Source: a virus
IMG/VR virus record: IMGVR_UViG_3300013126_000010
Span: 32,001-96,000 of that record
Length of the DNA: 64,000 bases
Reading direction: 5' to 3' (one strand)
Numbering within the stretch: the first letter of the stretch is position 1; each line of letters opens with the position of its first letter. A program made the translations under genes and the position numbers. The notes below the pieces were generated by a model. It ran no database searches. It was not told where the DNA came from and saw only the letters and a list, made by a program, of their open reading frames with translations. Positions 47,241 through 56,691 of the stretch are shown here, piece after piece.

Positions 47241-47807
47241 TTACCACTCTATTGGATTTAAAAAACCTAGTAAATGAAGACCGGATGACTTGGTAAAATC
47301 AAAACTTCGTATTTTTCTATATATACCATCACCATTGCGATCTGCTTCTGCTGATATAGCTTTACCAGGAGAAGTATTTGCTTCTAATGTCGCCATTGAT
47401 TTACCATCACATGCGACGACAATTCCAGCATGACCGTTAGATGTTGACCCTTTTTGCATAAAAAATATAGATCCTGGAATTGGATCTTTTGTAATTAATC
47501 CTTTACATGCATTATAACTGGTCATTACACTTGGGTTTAGTTTTTTACCAAAATTAGATAATACTTCAGATGGTGCATTTAAATTAGAATATGCCAATCT
47601 CCAAATAGTCTCGGAAAATGCCATACAATATGGCCATCCTGGTTGCCATCCTGATTTTTTCATTTCAGCTTCCAATAATGCACTTTCTTCTTTTCCACTA
47701 TTTGGGTCCAGTATTGACCTCCATGCAGCATTGTCTTTTATTTCAAATAAATTGACAAAATGTGAACCAACTTTAATTATTTCATTCCCTATTTCTTGTT
47801 TATTCAT
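47241..47807 (-). CDS. CHAP/NlpC-P60-like peptidoglycan hydrolase
   Basis: WPYCMAF (catalytic Cys), PGSIFFM, GHAGIV (His), TLEANT. Confidence 0.8.
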   Translation of the reverse strand: MNKQEIGNEIIKVGSHFVNLFEIKDNAAWRSILDPNSGKEESALLEAEMKKSGWQPGWPYCMAFSETIWRLAYSNLNAPSEVLSNFGKKLNPSVMTSYNACKGLITKDPIPGSIFFMQKGSTSNGHAGIVVACDGKSMATLEANTSPGKAISAEADRNGDGIYRKIRSFDFTKSSGLHLLGFLNPIEW

Positions 47808-48358
47808 TATTTTCTACCTCTGAATCCAGTAGGAAATCTAGAAGTATCTAATGGAAACCAAGTATCAAACCATTCTTTTGTACCGGGTTTGATGTTATTC
47901 TCTTTCACATACTCAGCATTGGCAGCAGCTTTATTATTTATATGTTCCAATGTTACCGGAGTAAATGTATTAGAACCATTACCAATACCTGCTAGTTTGG
48001 CTATGTGATTAATTTCTTCTGAAACAGAATCAGTAAGTGGGCTAGATGGGGAATCCGGTGAATTATCTTTTTCCAATTTGTCGGATTCTTGTTGATATAG
48101 TTGGTTACATATATCACTTAAATCTTCTGGAGACAATTTTTCTGGCAGTTGGTCAAGATCGTATACATCTTTGTATACATCATAGGCACGTTTAACTACT
48201 GGTACTAATAATGCCTTATTAATAGGCAAATTGTACTTGTGATGGTTTTCTATTTTTTGAACTATCGGATAGAAAACTTCTTTATAGAATGTTGTATCAT
48301 TATTGATAAACTGTAGCAAGTCATCAACAATATCAAAATCAATGTCATTTTTATGCAT
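47807..48358 (-). CDS. hypothetical late protein
   Basis: 183 aa, GAGGA SD, first gene after a late-promoter hairpin. Confidence 0.65.
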   Translation of the reverse strand: MHKNDIDFDIVDDLLQFINNDTTFYKEVFYPIVQKIENHHKYNLPINKALLVPVVKRAYDVYKDVYDLDQLPEKLSPEDLSDICNQLYQQESDKLEKDNSPDSPSSPLTDSVSEEINHIAKLAGIGNGSNTFTPVTLEHINNKAAANAEYVKENNIKPGTKEWFDTWFPLDTSRFPTGFRGRK

Positions 48359-48362
48359 AAAA

Positions 48363-48397
48363 AATCCTCATATTATATTTATCATAATATGAGGATT
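48363..48397 (-). promoter_or_regulatory. RBS-sequestering hairpin with late promoter-like ATAAATA in the loop
   Basis: Perfect 14-bp stem AATCCTCATATTAT/ATAATATGAGGATT. On the minus strand the 3' arm contains the GAGGA SD, and ATAAATA lies at 48382-48376. Confidence 0.7.
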
Positions 48398-48433
48398 GTA
48401 GTTATATACTCAATACTTAGTATTTCATGAGTA

Positions 48434-50731
48434 TCATTTTGATAAGTCTTCTTTGGTAGTGTCTGAATCTACCGTTGTCACTGCACGTTGTTGTTTAGCT
48501 TTGGCATCCAATATTAACCCATCATTACCGACTTTAATAGTCAATGTCCCACCATTTTTTAAATTACCAAATAATAGTAGTTTTGCTAATGGGCGTTTGA
48601 TATGTTTATCGATGATTCTGTTTAATGGTCTAGCACCCATTTTTGGATCAAACCCATTTTCTACCAACCAATCAATTGCATCATCACTGATTTTGAATTT
48701 AACTGATTTTGCTGTTAGTTGTGTTTTAACATCGACCAAGAATTTACCAACAACTTTGATCATTGTTTCTTTGGACAATTTATTAAAGGTGATAATACCA
48801 TCCAATCTGTTTCTGAACTCAGGTGATAGGAACTTATTGATTTCCTTGTTGTCTAATGTTTTTTCAAGAGAACCAAATCCTATGCTATTGCGTTCAGAGT
48901 CAGCTGCACCAGCATTGGTAGTCATAATAATTACCGAATTTCGGCAATCAGCAACTTTGCCATTTGAACCAGTAATAGTACCGTAATCCAGCATCTGCAG
49001 GCAAATTTGCATAACATCAGGGTGTGCTTTTTCAATTTCGTCTAATAATAGTACACAATTGGGGTTTTCTTGTACACTAGTGATTAGTTGACCAGCATTA
49101 TCATCGAAACCAACATATCCTGGTGGGCTACCAATCAACTTTGCAACAGAATGTTTCTCTTGATATTCACTCATATCAAATCGAATAAGTTTAACTCCCA
49201 GCAGTGTTGCTAATTGTTTTGATAATTCCGTTTTACCACACCCGGTTGGACCAATAAACACAAATGAACCAATGGGTTTTGATTCATCTTTTAGACCTGC
49301 TCTACTAACCATAATCTTATCAGCAACTTCAGTAATTGCTTCATCTTGACCATATATGGTTGATCTAAGATTACTTTCCAAGTTTTCCATTACGGTACTT
49401 TCCTGTTCAGCAATTTGATCTACTGGCATATTGATCATTTTTGCCAATTCAAATTGTACGGAATGTTCATTTACGATTTTTTTACTGTCAACCATAAGGT
49501 TAAATCGTGAACATGCACAATCAATCAAGTCAATGGCTTTATCTGGTAGTTTTTTATCAGTCTGATATTTTACCGACAGTTGTACTGCTGCTTTGATAGC
49601 TTCATCACGGATTTTTACTTTATGATGTTGTTCATAATATTTTTTCAATCCCTTTAAAATATCAATTGAGTCAGAAATTGATGGTTCGTCAACAGTAATA
49701 CGTTGAAAACGGCGCATTAATGCCCGATCTTTTTCGAAATGTTTTCGATATTCTTCCCAGGTGGTTGATGCAACAACTTTTACATTCCCCCTGCTTAATG
49801 CAGGTTTCATCATGTTTGCTAAATCATTTGCACTATTATTACCTGAACCTGCCCCATTCATCATATGTGCTTCATCGATAAACATGATAGCTTTTGGTTT
49901 ATTTGATAATGCTTTTAATACCAGTTTGAACCGTTCTTCGAAGTCACCACGATATTTGCTACCTGCAAGCATTGCTGTGATATCTAAACTATAAACAACA
50001 TAGTCTTTTAAAAATTCTGGTACATCACCGTTGACGATCTTAAATGCAAGACCTTCGATAACTGCAGTTTTGCCTACACCCGGTGCACCAACTAAAATGG
50101 CATTAGATTTAGACCGTCTGCCCAAAGTTAGTGCCAGTTGTTCCAATTCATCTGATCGACCAATTACTGGATCAATCTTGCCAGTTTTTACCTCATCATT
50201 CAGGTTTACAGTGAATGCTTTCAATGCACGGGATGCTTGCGAATCTCTTGATTTACCAGATGAGCTGTTATCAGCTGTATCTGATTCATCATCATCTGCA
50301 GTAGATGCTGATGTATAATCGATAAATTTATCTTTATCAACACCGGCTTTTTGGATGAAATACAATGCATGTGAATGTTTTTCACTAAAAATGGCAATGA
50401 ATGCATCACGCACCTCAATCAATTGTCTACCATTAAACAAAACTTGAGTGAATGCTCGATTTAATACTCGTTCAATTGCTTGGGTTTTTTTGGGCTTCAC
50501 TACACTGCTATTGGTTTTGATATCATTCATTGCTGTATTAATATGTGTTTCCACGTCATTTTGCAATGATTTGACATTGGTTCCGAAACCTTTTAGTTGT
50601 TCAGCCAATTCGTCATGTTGCAGCATTATGAATAACAAATGCTCAACCGTTAGATATTCATGTTTTAGTTGGATTGCAAGATTGATCGAATCTTCAAAAA
50701 TTGATTGAAGACTTTTACTAGGTTCTACCAT
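48434..50731 (-). CDS. clpA: ClpA-like AAA+ unfoldase
   Basis: Clp N-domain (HEYLTVEHLL), two Walker A motifs (GAPGVGKT, GPTGCGKT), DMSEYQEKHSVAKLIGSPPGYVG, IGF loop, no ClpB M-domain. Confidence 0.95.
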   Translation of the reverse strand: MVEPSKSLQSIFEDSINLAIQLKHEYLTVEHLLFIMLQHDELAEQLKGFGTNVKSLQNDVETHINTAMNDIKTNSSVVKPKKTQAIERVLNRAFTQVLFNGRQLIEVRDAFIAIFSEKHSHALYFIQKAGVDKDKFIDYTSASTADDDESDTADNSSSGKSRDSQASRALKAFTVNLNDEVKTGKIDPVIGRSDELEQLALTLGRRSKSNAILVGAPGVGKTAVIEGLAFKIVNGDVPEFLKDYVVYSLDITAMLAGSKYRGDFEERFKLVLKALSNKPKAIMFIDEAHMMNGAGSGNNSANDLANMMKPALSRGNVKVVASTTWEEYRKHFEKDRALMRRFQRITVDEPSISDSIDILKGLKKYYEQHHKVKIRDEAIKAAVQLSVKYQTDKKLPDKAIDLIDCACSRFNLMVDSKKIVNEHSVQFELAKMINMPVDQIAEQESTVMENLESNLRSTIYGQDEAITEVADKIMVSRAGLKDESKPIGSFVFIGPTGCGKTELSKQLATLLGVKLIRFDMSEYQEKHSVAKLIGSPPGYVGFDDNAGQLITSVQENPNCVLLLDEIEKAHPDVMQICLQMLDYGTITGSNGKVADCRNSVIIMTTNAGAADSERNSIGFGSLEKTLDNKEINKFLSPEFRNRLDGIITFNKLSKETMIKVVGKFLVDVKTQLTAKSVKFKISDDAIDWLVENGFDPKMGARPLNRIIDKHIKRPLAKLLLFGNLKNGGTLTIKVGNDGLILDAKAKQQRAVTTVDSDTTKEDLSK

Positions 50732-50760
50732 TTTGTTACCTCGTTGTTGATAATAATCTT

Positions 50761-50789
50761 ATTGTAGCACACTATGATGATAATGTAAA
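50761..50789 (-). promoter_or_regulatory. sigma70-type promoter for clpA
   Basis: TTTACA-17 nt-TACAAT with a TGn extension. Confidence 0.65.
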
Positions 50790-50810
50790 GGGGCATTTTG
50801 CCCCTTTTTT
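50787..50810. terminator. intrinsic terminator
   Basis: AAAGGGGCA-TTT-TGCCCCTTTTTT directly after the stop of the A1-like gene. Confidence 0.75.
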
Positions 50811-52326
50811 ATCTACGCCATTTACCTTCTTTTATAAGGATCATTTGTCGTTTTCCATTAGGGTGAATAATGCAGTGTCCATGATGCCAAGATGATGGAC
50901 TCTTTTTATTGTATTCCATTTTACTTATACAGCTATGACCTACACTATATGCACCTTCAATAATCGCTGGTACATGAGTGTGCCCAGTTATAACCTTTAA
51001 GCCAAGTCTTGCAAATTGCGCAGTAGAACCCTTGGAACCATTTAATCCATGATCCCCATGCATTGATAATTCTATATCATGAAGTTTAAATGATTCTGCA
51101 TTTTTTAAGAATCTAATATTGTCATAATCGTAATATTCTCTACTCCATAATTCAAATAGGGACATTGATTCTTTTTTTTGTTTTATATGATACCCAATCA
51201 ATCTACTTAGATCGTGATATATACAATAATTAGTTAAATCTTTATTAATTGCATCAGCAGATGAAATCCATTTGTCTAAATGCCCATTATGATTTGATTC
51301 AACGATAATACTGGTACAATCACTTGGTGTAGTATCTATTAAATATTCTATAGTTGTCTTTAATTCTTTTTCAACATCATTGTCACCATTAACTAGTTTT
51401 GCAAATTGAAGAACAATATCAGTTTTATGATGATGTGATGCTGAATAAAAATCCAGAACATCATGTCTAATTAAATATTCTGGTCTTAATGTATTTACCA
51501 TACTATCAGTATTATAATATGTGGCTGCTGCAACAGATTGGTCAATAAATTTAACGTGTTCATCCCCAATAACAATACCAGATACTTTATTACATGAAGA
51601 AATTGATTTCATGAAGTAATACTTATCGACATCATAAAAACCACCATCATTATCACAATTTAGAACTCTAACATGAAATGATTCTATTGATGGATCTTCC
51701 TCTACTACCAATGCTGCAAATGAATGATTAAAGGTAGCACGTTCTCCTTGTTTTGATTTTGTATATACAGGATAAGATACACACCCAGTAGTATATAATG
51801 CACATGGTGTATCTATTTGATTTCTTGCCACCATTGCCATTCTAATTTGTGGTGATGGTATTATATGTGATATACCTTTAGTTGAGTCGTTCCATCCAGC
51901 AAAAGGGTTAGTAACTGTTGGTGATATTTTCATACCAGCTAACAGTTTTAATGCTTGCAGCAAGTGTACTGTGTTTGAATAAAAATATGGTTCTAGATTT
52001 GAATCCCATGCTACATTTTTTATATTTAATTCAGGGACAGTATATTTTAATGGTATTATTAATAAATCAGCATCATTATGCTCACAATACGTATGCAATG
52101 ATTCCACGAATTGTGTATTAGTATCAGCATTATTAATACATGTAGTAATAACCCATGTATTAACTTTCTTTTTACTTACATATTGCGGGATAATACCTTC
52201 TTCGATAAATTCATAGAAATTACTATGGCAATTTTTACATTTATAACGCTGACGATTTCTCCCACCTATTGGTGTTGGACCTTTTTTTATTACATGTTTA
52301 CTGCCGCAGTTTCCACATCTAGCCAT
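50809..52326 (-). CDS. T5 A1-like metallophosphoesterase/nuclease with N-terminal zinc ribbon
   Basis: Motifs GDEH, HDVLDF, SNH, HGD, GHTH; N-terminal CGNCGS...QRYKCKNC. Confidence 0.7.
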   Translation of the reverse strand: MARCGNCGSKHVIKKGPTPIGGRNRQRYKCKNCHSNFYEFIEEGIIPQYVSKKKVNTWVITTCINNADTNTQFVESLHTYCEHNDADLLIIPLKYTVPELNIKNVAWDSNLEPYFYSNTVHLLQALKLLAGMKISPTVTNPFAGWNDSTKGISHIIPSPQIRMAMVARNQIDTPCALYTTGCVSYPVYTKSKQGERATFNHSFAALVVEEDPSIESFHVRVLNCDNDGGFYDVDKYYFMKSISSCNKVSGIVIGDEHVKFIDQSVAAATYYNTDSMVNTLRPEYLIRHDVLDFYSASHHHKTDIVLQFAKLVNGDNDVEKELKTTIEYLIDTTPSDCTSIIVESNHNGHLDKWISSADAINKDLTNYCIYHDLSRLIGYHIKQKKESMSLFELWSREYYDYDNIRFLKNAESFKLHDIELSMHGDHGLNGSKGSTAQFARLGLKVITGHTHVPAIIEGAYSVGHSCISKMEYNKKSPSSWHHGHCIIHPNGKRQMILIKEGKWRR

Positions 52327-53095
52327 ATATTTGCTCGTGTATGTTGGTTAATGTTCTGACAATTTCTTGATCAGTTATTTTTGGGATATCAACATTGATT
52401 GTTATTATTAAATTTCCAGCTGTGTTCTTATTAATATTAATAAATCCGATTCCAGTGAACGTTATTTCATTCTTTTCTGGTAATCCTGGTGGGATAGCAA
52501 CCGTTAATACATTACCATCTATATTTTTTATTGCTTTGGTAGCTCCAATCATAGCTTCAAATACAGAAATGTCAATAGTGGTATGCAGGTCATCCCCGGA
52601 TCTCCAGAATGATTCATGCTCTTCCAGTATAAATGTAACATGCAAATCACCTCTATCAATATTGCTGATTGAATTATCACCTAAACCATGATAACAAATT
52701 AATTGATTATTTCTAACCCCGGCAGGAACAAATAGTTCCACCAATTGAATAGTACCATTTAACAATTCATAACGTGTATCAATGTTACCACCATTATAGC
52801 TAATTTCAAGTGAAAGTGGTACTAAAATTGCCAAATCTTTATTGGTTTCGGTTGAATCATATCCCAAATCATCAAAATAATCGTCCGATATCGTCCAATT
52901 AAATTCAATTTCGTCTTCGGTATCTGGAGTGGTTAAATTATAAATTATGTTTGTGTATGCGCGTTTTATTTTGGAAAAGTGTTCAGCATTACCACCACGA
53001 TCAGGATGATGCTTCATTGCCATTTTTCTATAAGCTCGTTTTACATCATCAATCGAGGTGGTATACTGTATCCCAAGTACTGAATAGTTATCCAT
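52319..53095 (-). CDS. dnaJ: DnaJ/CbpA-like co-chaperone (no zinc finger)
   Basis: J-domain YSVLGI...KRAYRKMAMKHHPDRGG; C-terminal GDDLHTTIDISVFEAMIG. Confidence 0.9.
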   Translation of the reverse strand: MDNYSVLGIQYTTSIDDVKRAYRKMAMKHHPDRGGNAEHFSKIKRAYTNIIYNLTTPDTEDEIEFNWTISDDYFDDLGYDSTETNKDLAILVPLSLEISYNGGNIDTRYELLNGTIQLVELFVPAGVRNNQLICYHGLGDNSISNIDRGDLHVTFILEEHESFWRSGDDLHTTIDISVFEAMIGATKAIKNIDGNVLTVAIPPGLPEKNEITFTGIGFININKNTAGNLIITINVDIPKITDQEIVRTLTNIHEQIYG

Positions 53096-53133
53096 GTTTA
53101 TGATATGATTGTGTGCTTATTGCACAGTTATGG

Positions 53134-53871
53134 TTATTTGGTGGTTCTTAATACTAATGCTTTATTGCTGTTTTCAAATATAAAGTTTTCACCAATCTTT
53201 GATATATTGAATTCTCCAATATATTTAGAAAGGAACATAATCTCACCTATATCTTTTGACTCGAACATTGGTTTTTCTGTTTGATTGGAATACACATCTA
53301 TTTTATTACCAAATTCTATTATTTTCATTTTTAGTGGTTCTGCGAATCTTTTTTTGAATATTAGATTATCATCATCTATATGAATACTTTCTAGATAACT
53401 TCTATGAAAAAAGTTAGAAAAGTTGTTCAAATGCTCAGAATTCTTACGTGACTCATATTCTTCTTTTGAAACAGGGACATTTTCTGTTAATGATTCATCA
53501 GATGCCGGTATGCTGTGAAATGATTTATAATATCTAAATTTAAACTCTTTTAAGTTAGTTAATAGTTTAATACCATTTAACAATTCCATTATTTGAGATG
53601 GTATTCTTCTAGTACGTTGTATTTCTACGAATACTTTATATTTACCGTCATTTAGTTCCCCTGGTGTAAAGTCAGAATCCAGTACGAAATCATATCCACG
53701 TTCTATAAAGTTAACTAAATCTTTTGATGCTTCTAAACTATCGATAGTAAATGATAACACGCAAATATCTGCATCTGTTCCCATTTTAGATGTATAACTA
53801 TCTATTTCAAAAATATTGTCAACAAGATCTTCCAGATCATTTGCAAGTAATTCTTCATTAAGCTGGGACAT
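53134..53871 (-). CDS. hypothetical protein
   Basis: 245 aa with a GGAGGA SD; IDSYTSKMG...FIERGYDFVLD core. Confidence 0.75.
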   Translation of the reverse strand: MSQLNEELLANDLEDLVDNIFEIDSYTSKMGTDADICVLSFTIDSLEASKDLVNFIERGYDFVLDSDFTPGELNDGKYKVFVEIQRTRRIPSQIMELLNGIKLLTNLKEFKFRYYKSFHSIPASDESLTENVPVSKEEYESRKNSEHLNNFSNFFHRSYLESIHIDDDNLIFKKRFAEPLKMKIIEFGNKIDVYSNQTEKPMFESKDIGEIMFLSKYIGEFNISKIGENFIFENSNKALVLRTTK

Positions 53872-54439
53872 TTGATCCTCCAGTTAAATCAGCTGGCATT
53901 CCTACTCCTGGTGCAGGTGTTCCTGGCATTGGTTGCATTTGTGTTTGCATTGCATCTGCCTGTTGAGCTGCTGATGCGTCCACCCGTGAGTTTCTACCAA
54001 CCCCCATTTTATGTTTCATCATTGCCATGTAACCTTCATACATATCTGATATTAATTCTTTTGGTAATATGAAATGAACTACCCATACTTCTTTTCTATC
54101 TAACCTGGGTTTTTTTGTTCCTGGTCTAAAATCTTCTTCTGATTTTACCTTTCTAGGTTCAATCATATGAGTTTTTTCATATTTTATTTTGCATCCATAA
54201 TCTAGTAATCTTTTTGCACCCATTGGGTCAGGCATTTTGTTACGTGGCCACATAAAGGCTACTTTAATCCAATGCCTTTTCACTTCAGGTCCATAAACAA
54301 GTTCGCCATCAATCCAATTTTCGTACACGTATAAATCCATTTCATCTAATACTCGTTCAATATCCTTGAGAACAGACAAACTAGAGTTTGATGAATATAT
54401 TGTGTTAATATTTTGTATGATATCCAATTGATCGATCAT
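53858..54439 (-). CDS. hypothetical protein
   Basis: 193 aa; LKDIERVLDEMDLYVYENWIDGELVYGP...MPDPMGAKRLL core; ATAAATA upstream. Confidence 0.75.
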   Translation of the reverse strand: MIDQLDIIQNINTIYSSNSSLSVLKDIERVLDEMDLYVYENWIDGELVYGPEVKRHWIKVAFMWPRNKMPDPMGAKRLLDYGCKIKYEKTHMIEPRKVKSEEDFRPGTKKPRLDRKEVWVVHFILPKELISDMYEGYMAMMKHKMGVGRNSRVDASAAQQADAMQTQMQPMPGTPAPGVGMPADLTGGSNVPA

Positions 54440-54469
54440 TGATAAAATCCATGTTTTTAAATGTATAAG

Positions 54470-54487
54470 TATTTATCTTAATAAATA
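54470..54487. promoter_or_regulatory. back-to-back late promoter-like ATAAATA motifs
   Basis: TATTTAT (54470-54476, minus) and ATAAATA (54481-54487, plus) between divergent genes. Confidence 0.5.
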
Positions 54488-54514
54488 AATTATATATACA
54501 TCGGAGAATATATA

Positions 54515-55240
54515 ATGGCAAGACAACGAACAGAAAAAAAGTTAACAACAGAAAAAGTGATAAAACCTAAATTTATGGAGGAACGCACACAAAACATAAC
54601 ACCGTTAGTCCCATTAAACCCATTACAGGCACAATATATTAAATTCGTGCAAGAAAAAAGGCTGGTGATTGCGACTGGTTATCCAGGTACCAGTAAAACG
54701 TATATTCCTACTGTTATTGCATGTGATTTATGGCGCAAAGGTGAAATAGATCAGATATTTTTAACTAGACCAAATATATCACAATCAAAAAGTCTAGGTT
54801 TTTTTAGTGGTTCACTAGTTGAAAAAATGATGAACTGGTTGTTACCTGTTTTAGATATTATGTATAAACGATTAGGACGAAATGTAGTAGAAATAGCTAT
54901 AAAGAATGGTGATATAGCATTCATACCATTGGAGACCATAAAAGGTATGTCATTTGGACAGAGAACTTTTGTTATATGTGATGAGGCCGAGGATTTAACA
55001 GTTGCCGAAGCGAAAGCGGTAGTCACCAGACAAGGGGGTGGTACCATGATATTGGCTGGTGACTTGGAACAATCTGCACTGGATGAAAAATCTGGGTTAT
55101 TATTTTTGAAAAATATAGTTGAAAAAACCCCAGAATTGGAGAAATTCACAGGGTTTGTAGATTTTAATAGACCATCTGATATCGTTCGTTCAGCAGAATG
55201 TAAAGCATGGATATTGGCACTTAAAAATCATAAATGCTAG
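54515..55240 (+). CDS. phoH: PhoH-like ATPase
   Basis: ATGYPGTSKT, IFLTRP, LGFFSGSLVEKM, GMSF, ICDEAEDLT, GDLEQS, IVRS. Confidence 0.9.
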   Translation: MARQRTEKKLTTEKVIKPKFMEERTQNITPLVPLNPLQAQYIKFVQEKRLVIATGYPGTSKTYIPTVIACDLWRKGEIDQIFLTRPNISQSKSLGFFSGSLVEKMMNWLLPVLDIMYKRLGRNVVEIAIKNGDIAFIPLETIKGMSFGQRTFVICDEAEDLTVAEAKAVVTRQGGGTMILAGDLEQSALDEKSGLLFLKNIVEKTPELEKFTGFVDFNRPSDIVRSAECKAWILALKNHKC

Positions 55241-55245
55241 TTAAC

Positions 55246-55267
55246 TAGCCCTTGTAATAGAGGGCTA
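55246..55267. terminator. hairpin between convergent phoH and clamp loader genes
   Basis: TAGCCCT-TGTAATAG-AGGGCTA. Confidence 0.55.
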
Positions 55268-56197
55268 TTACTTTAACGCTGCTGCAATCCTAATCAATGT
55301 AGCAGATAAGTTTATTTCTGGGTCAGAAATCATAGTATGTTCAACTAATCCACGTTTTACTTCTAGTATAATCTTTTCTTGGATATCTATATTATCAGTA
55401 AGTATATCCAAGTTGGTATAAATCCATTTAAATATGTCTTCCATATCTTCTGGTCTAGCTTTTTCACACAGTAATAATCTTGCTTCTCGAATTTTACCTT
55501 CTTTGAATAATTCAACCATTTCTATTTTATAGTCTGCAGTTGTGCTATCACCAGTATCAGGGATTAATAGTTGATTATTTACTGTATTATACTGTAATAA
55601 ATTAATACATTTTCTAAGATCTGGATATGTTGCCTTTACATAGGTATCTAACGTATCTAATTCAAACTCAATTCCTTCGGTAGCTAGAATGGTTGCTGCT
55701 CTAATTGAATATTCAACTTTATCAAGTTTTTCAATATGAAATCCCTGACATCTTGAGTGAATTGCTGGTATTATTCTATTAGGATAGTTAGCAGTTAGTA
55801 TAAACCTAGAAGTTATATGATATTCTTCTAATAATCCTCGTAATGCAGCCTGTGCGTTAACACTTAAATAATCGGCCTCATCCAAAAATACCACTCTCTT
55901 TTCACCAAATGGCATTAATTCTACAAATTTTACTATAGTATCCCTGATATCATCGATAGAATTAGTTCTAGATGCATTAATTTCCAACACATCATATTCA
56001 TGAATACCAATTTCATTAATTAACAATTTCGCAAGCGTGGTTTTTCCGACGCCAGGGCTACCACTGAACAAACAATGTGGTATTTCTTTATCATTAATCC
56101 ATCGTTGAACTTTTAATTTTTGTTCAGTGTCTTTAAATACATAATCATCTACTGAAGCTGGTCGGTATTTTTCAACCCAGAGTGTTTTTTCAATCAT
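55268..56197 (-). CDS. gp44: clamp loader subunit (RFC/gp44-like)
   Basis: WVEKYRP, GSPGVGKTT, INAS, FLDEADYLS..AQAALRG, FILTANY...AIHSRC. Confidence 0.93.
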   Translation of the reverse strand: MIEKTLWVEKYRPASVDDYVFKDTEQKLKVQRWINDKEIPHCLFSGSPGVGKTTLAKLLINEIGIHEYDVLEINASRTNSIDDIRDTIVKFVELMPFGEKRVVFLDEADYLSVNAQAALRGLLEEYHITSRFILTANYPNRIIPAIHSRCQGFHIEKLDKVEYSIRAATILATEGIEFELDTLDTYVKATYPDLRKCINLLQYNTVNNQLLIPDTGDSTTADYKIEMVELFKEGKIREARLLLCEKARPEDMEDIFKWIYTNLDILTDNIDIQEKIILEVKRGLVEHTMISDPEINLSATLIRIAAALK

Positions 56198-56223
56198 TGT
56201 TTTGTTAAACTTGTAAATTAAAC

Positions 56224-56252
56224 ATTATAGGACTATACTGGACAATTTGCAA
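56224..56252 (-). promoter_or_regulatory. sigma70-type promoter for the clamp loader
   Basis: TTGCAA-17 nt-TATAAT. Confidence 0.6.
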
Positions 56253-56255
56253 CAT

Positions 56256-56277
56256 AAAAAAGGGGCCAATGCCCCTT
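56256..56277 (-). terminator. intrinsic terminator after mazG
   Basis: Minus strand AAGGGGC-ATTG-GCCCCTTTTTT. Confidence 0.8.
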
Positions 56278-56280
56278 AAA

Positions 56281-56691
56281 TTATAGATCACCTTCTTGTC
56301 GATGTTCACTATAGTATGGATCAAATGTTCCACCTGGATATCGTTTTTCTAGCTTTACCACATTTTCTGCTAAAACATCGTTAGGATCTAGGTTTAATGC
56401 ACGACACGCATTAATCCAGTACCAACCAATATCACCTAATTCTCGTTTCATGTGAAATATAGTGTCACTATTTAATTCCTTTCCCTGGAACAAAATTTTC
56501 TTTGGCAATTCACAAAATTCGCCTGATTCTGCTGCTAATCCAATCGCGCCAGTTAATAATAATGGGATATTCACCCCAGTATCTGCTAGTTCTCTAACTC
56601 TATTAATAAATAATTCAACATCATTAGATTCATTTGATGTAACTTCAGATACGAATGCTTTATATTTGTTTAAATCGATTTGTTTTGTCAT
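56281..56691 (-). CDS. mazG: MazG-like nucleotide pyrophosphohydrolase
   Basis: AIGLAAESGEFCELPKK...MKRELGDIGWY...ENVVKLEKRYP. Confidence 0.85.
   Translation of the reverse strand: MTKQIDLNKYKAFVSEVTSNESNDVELFINRVRELADTGVNIPLLLTGAIGLAAESGEFCELPKKILFQGKELNSDTIFHMKRELGDIGWYWINACRALNLDPNDVLAENVVKLEKRYPGGTFDPYYSEHRQEGDL

Noticed and set aside
52200-52326. IS1 insertion sequence
   Set aside because: Only the zinc ribbon is present, in frame with the phosphoesterase; there is no InsB/DDE domain, terminal inverted repeat or target duplication.
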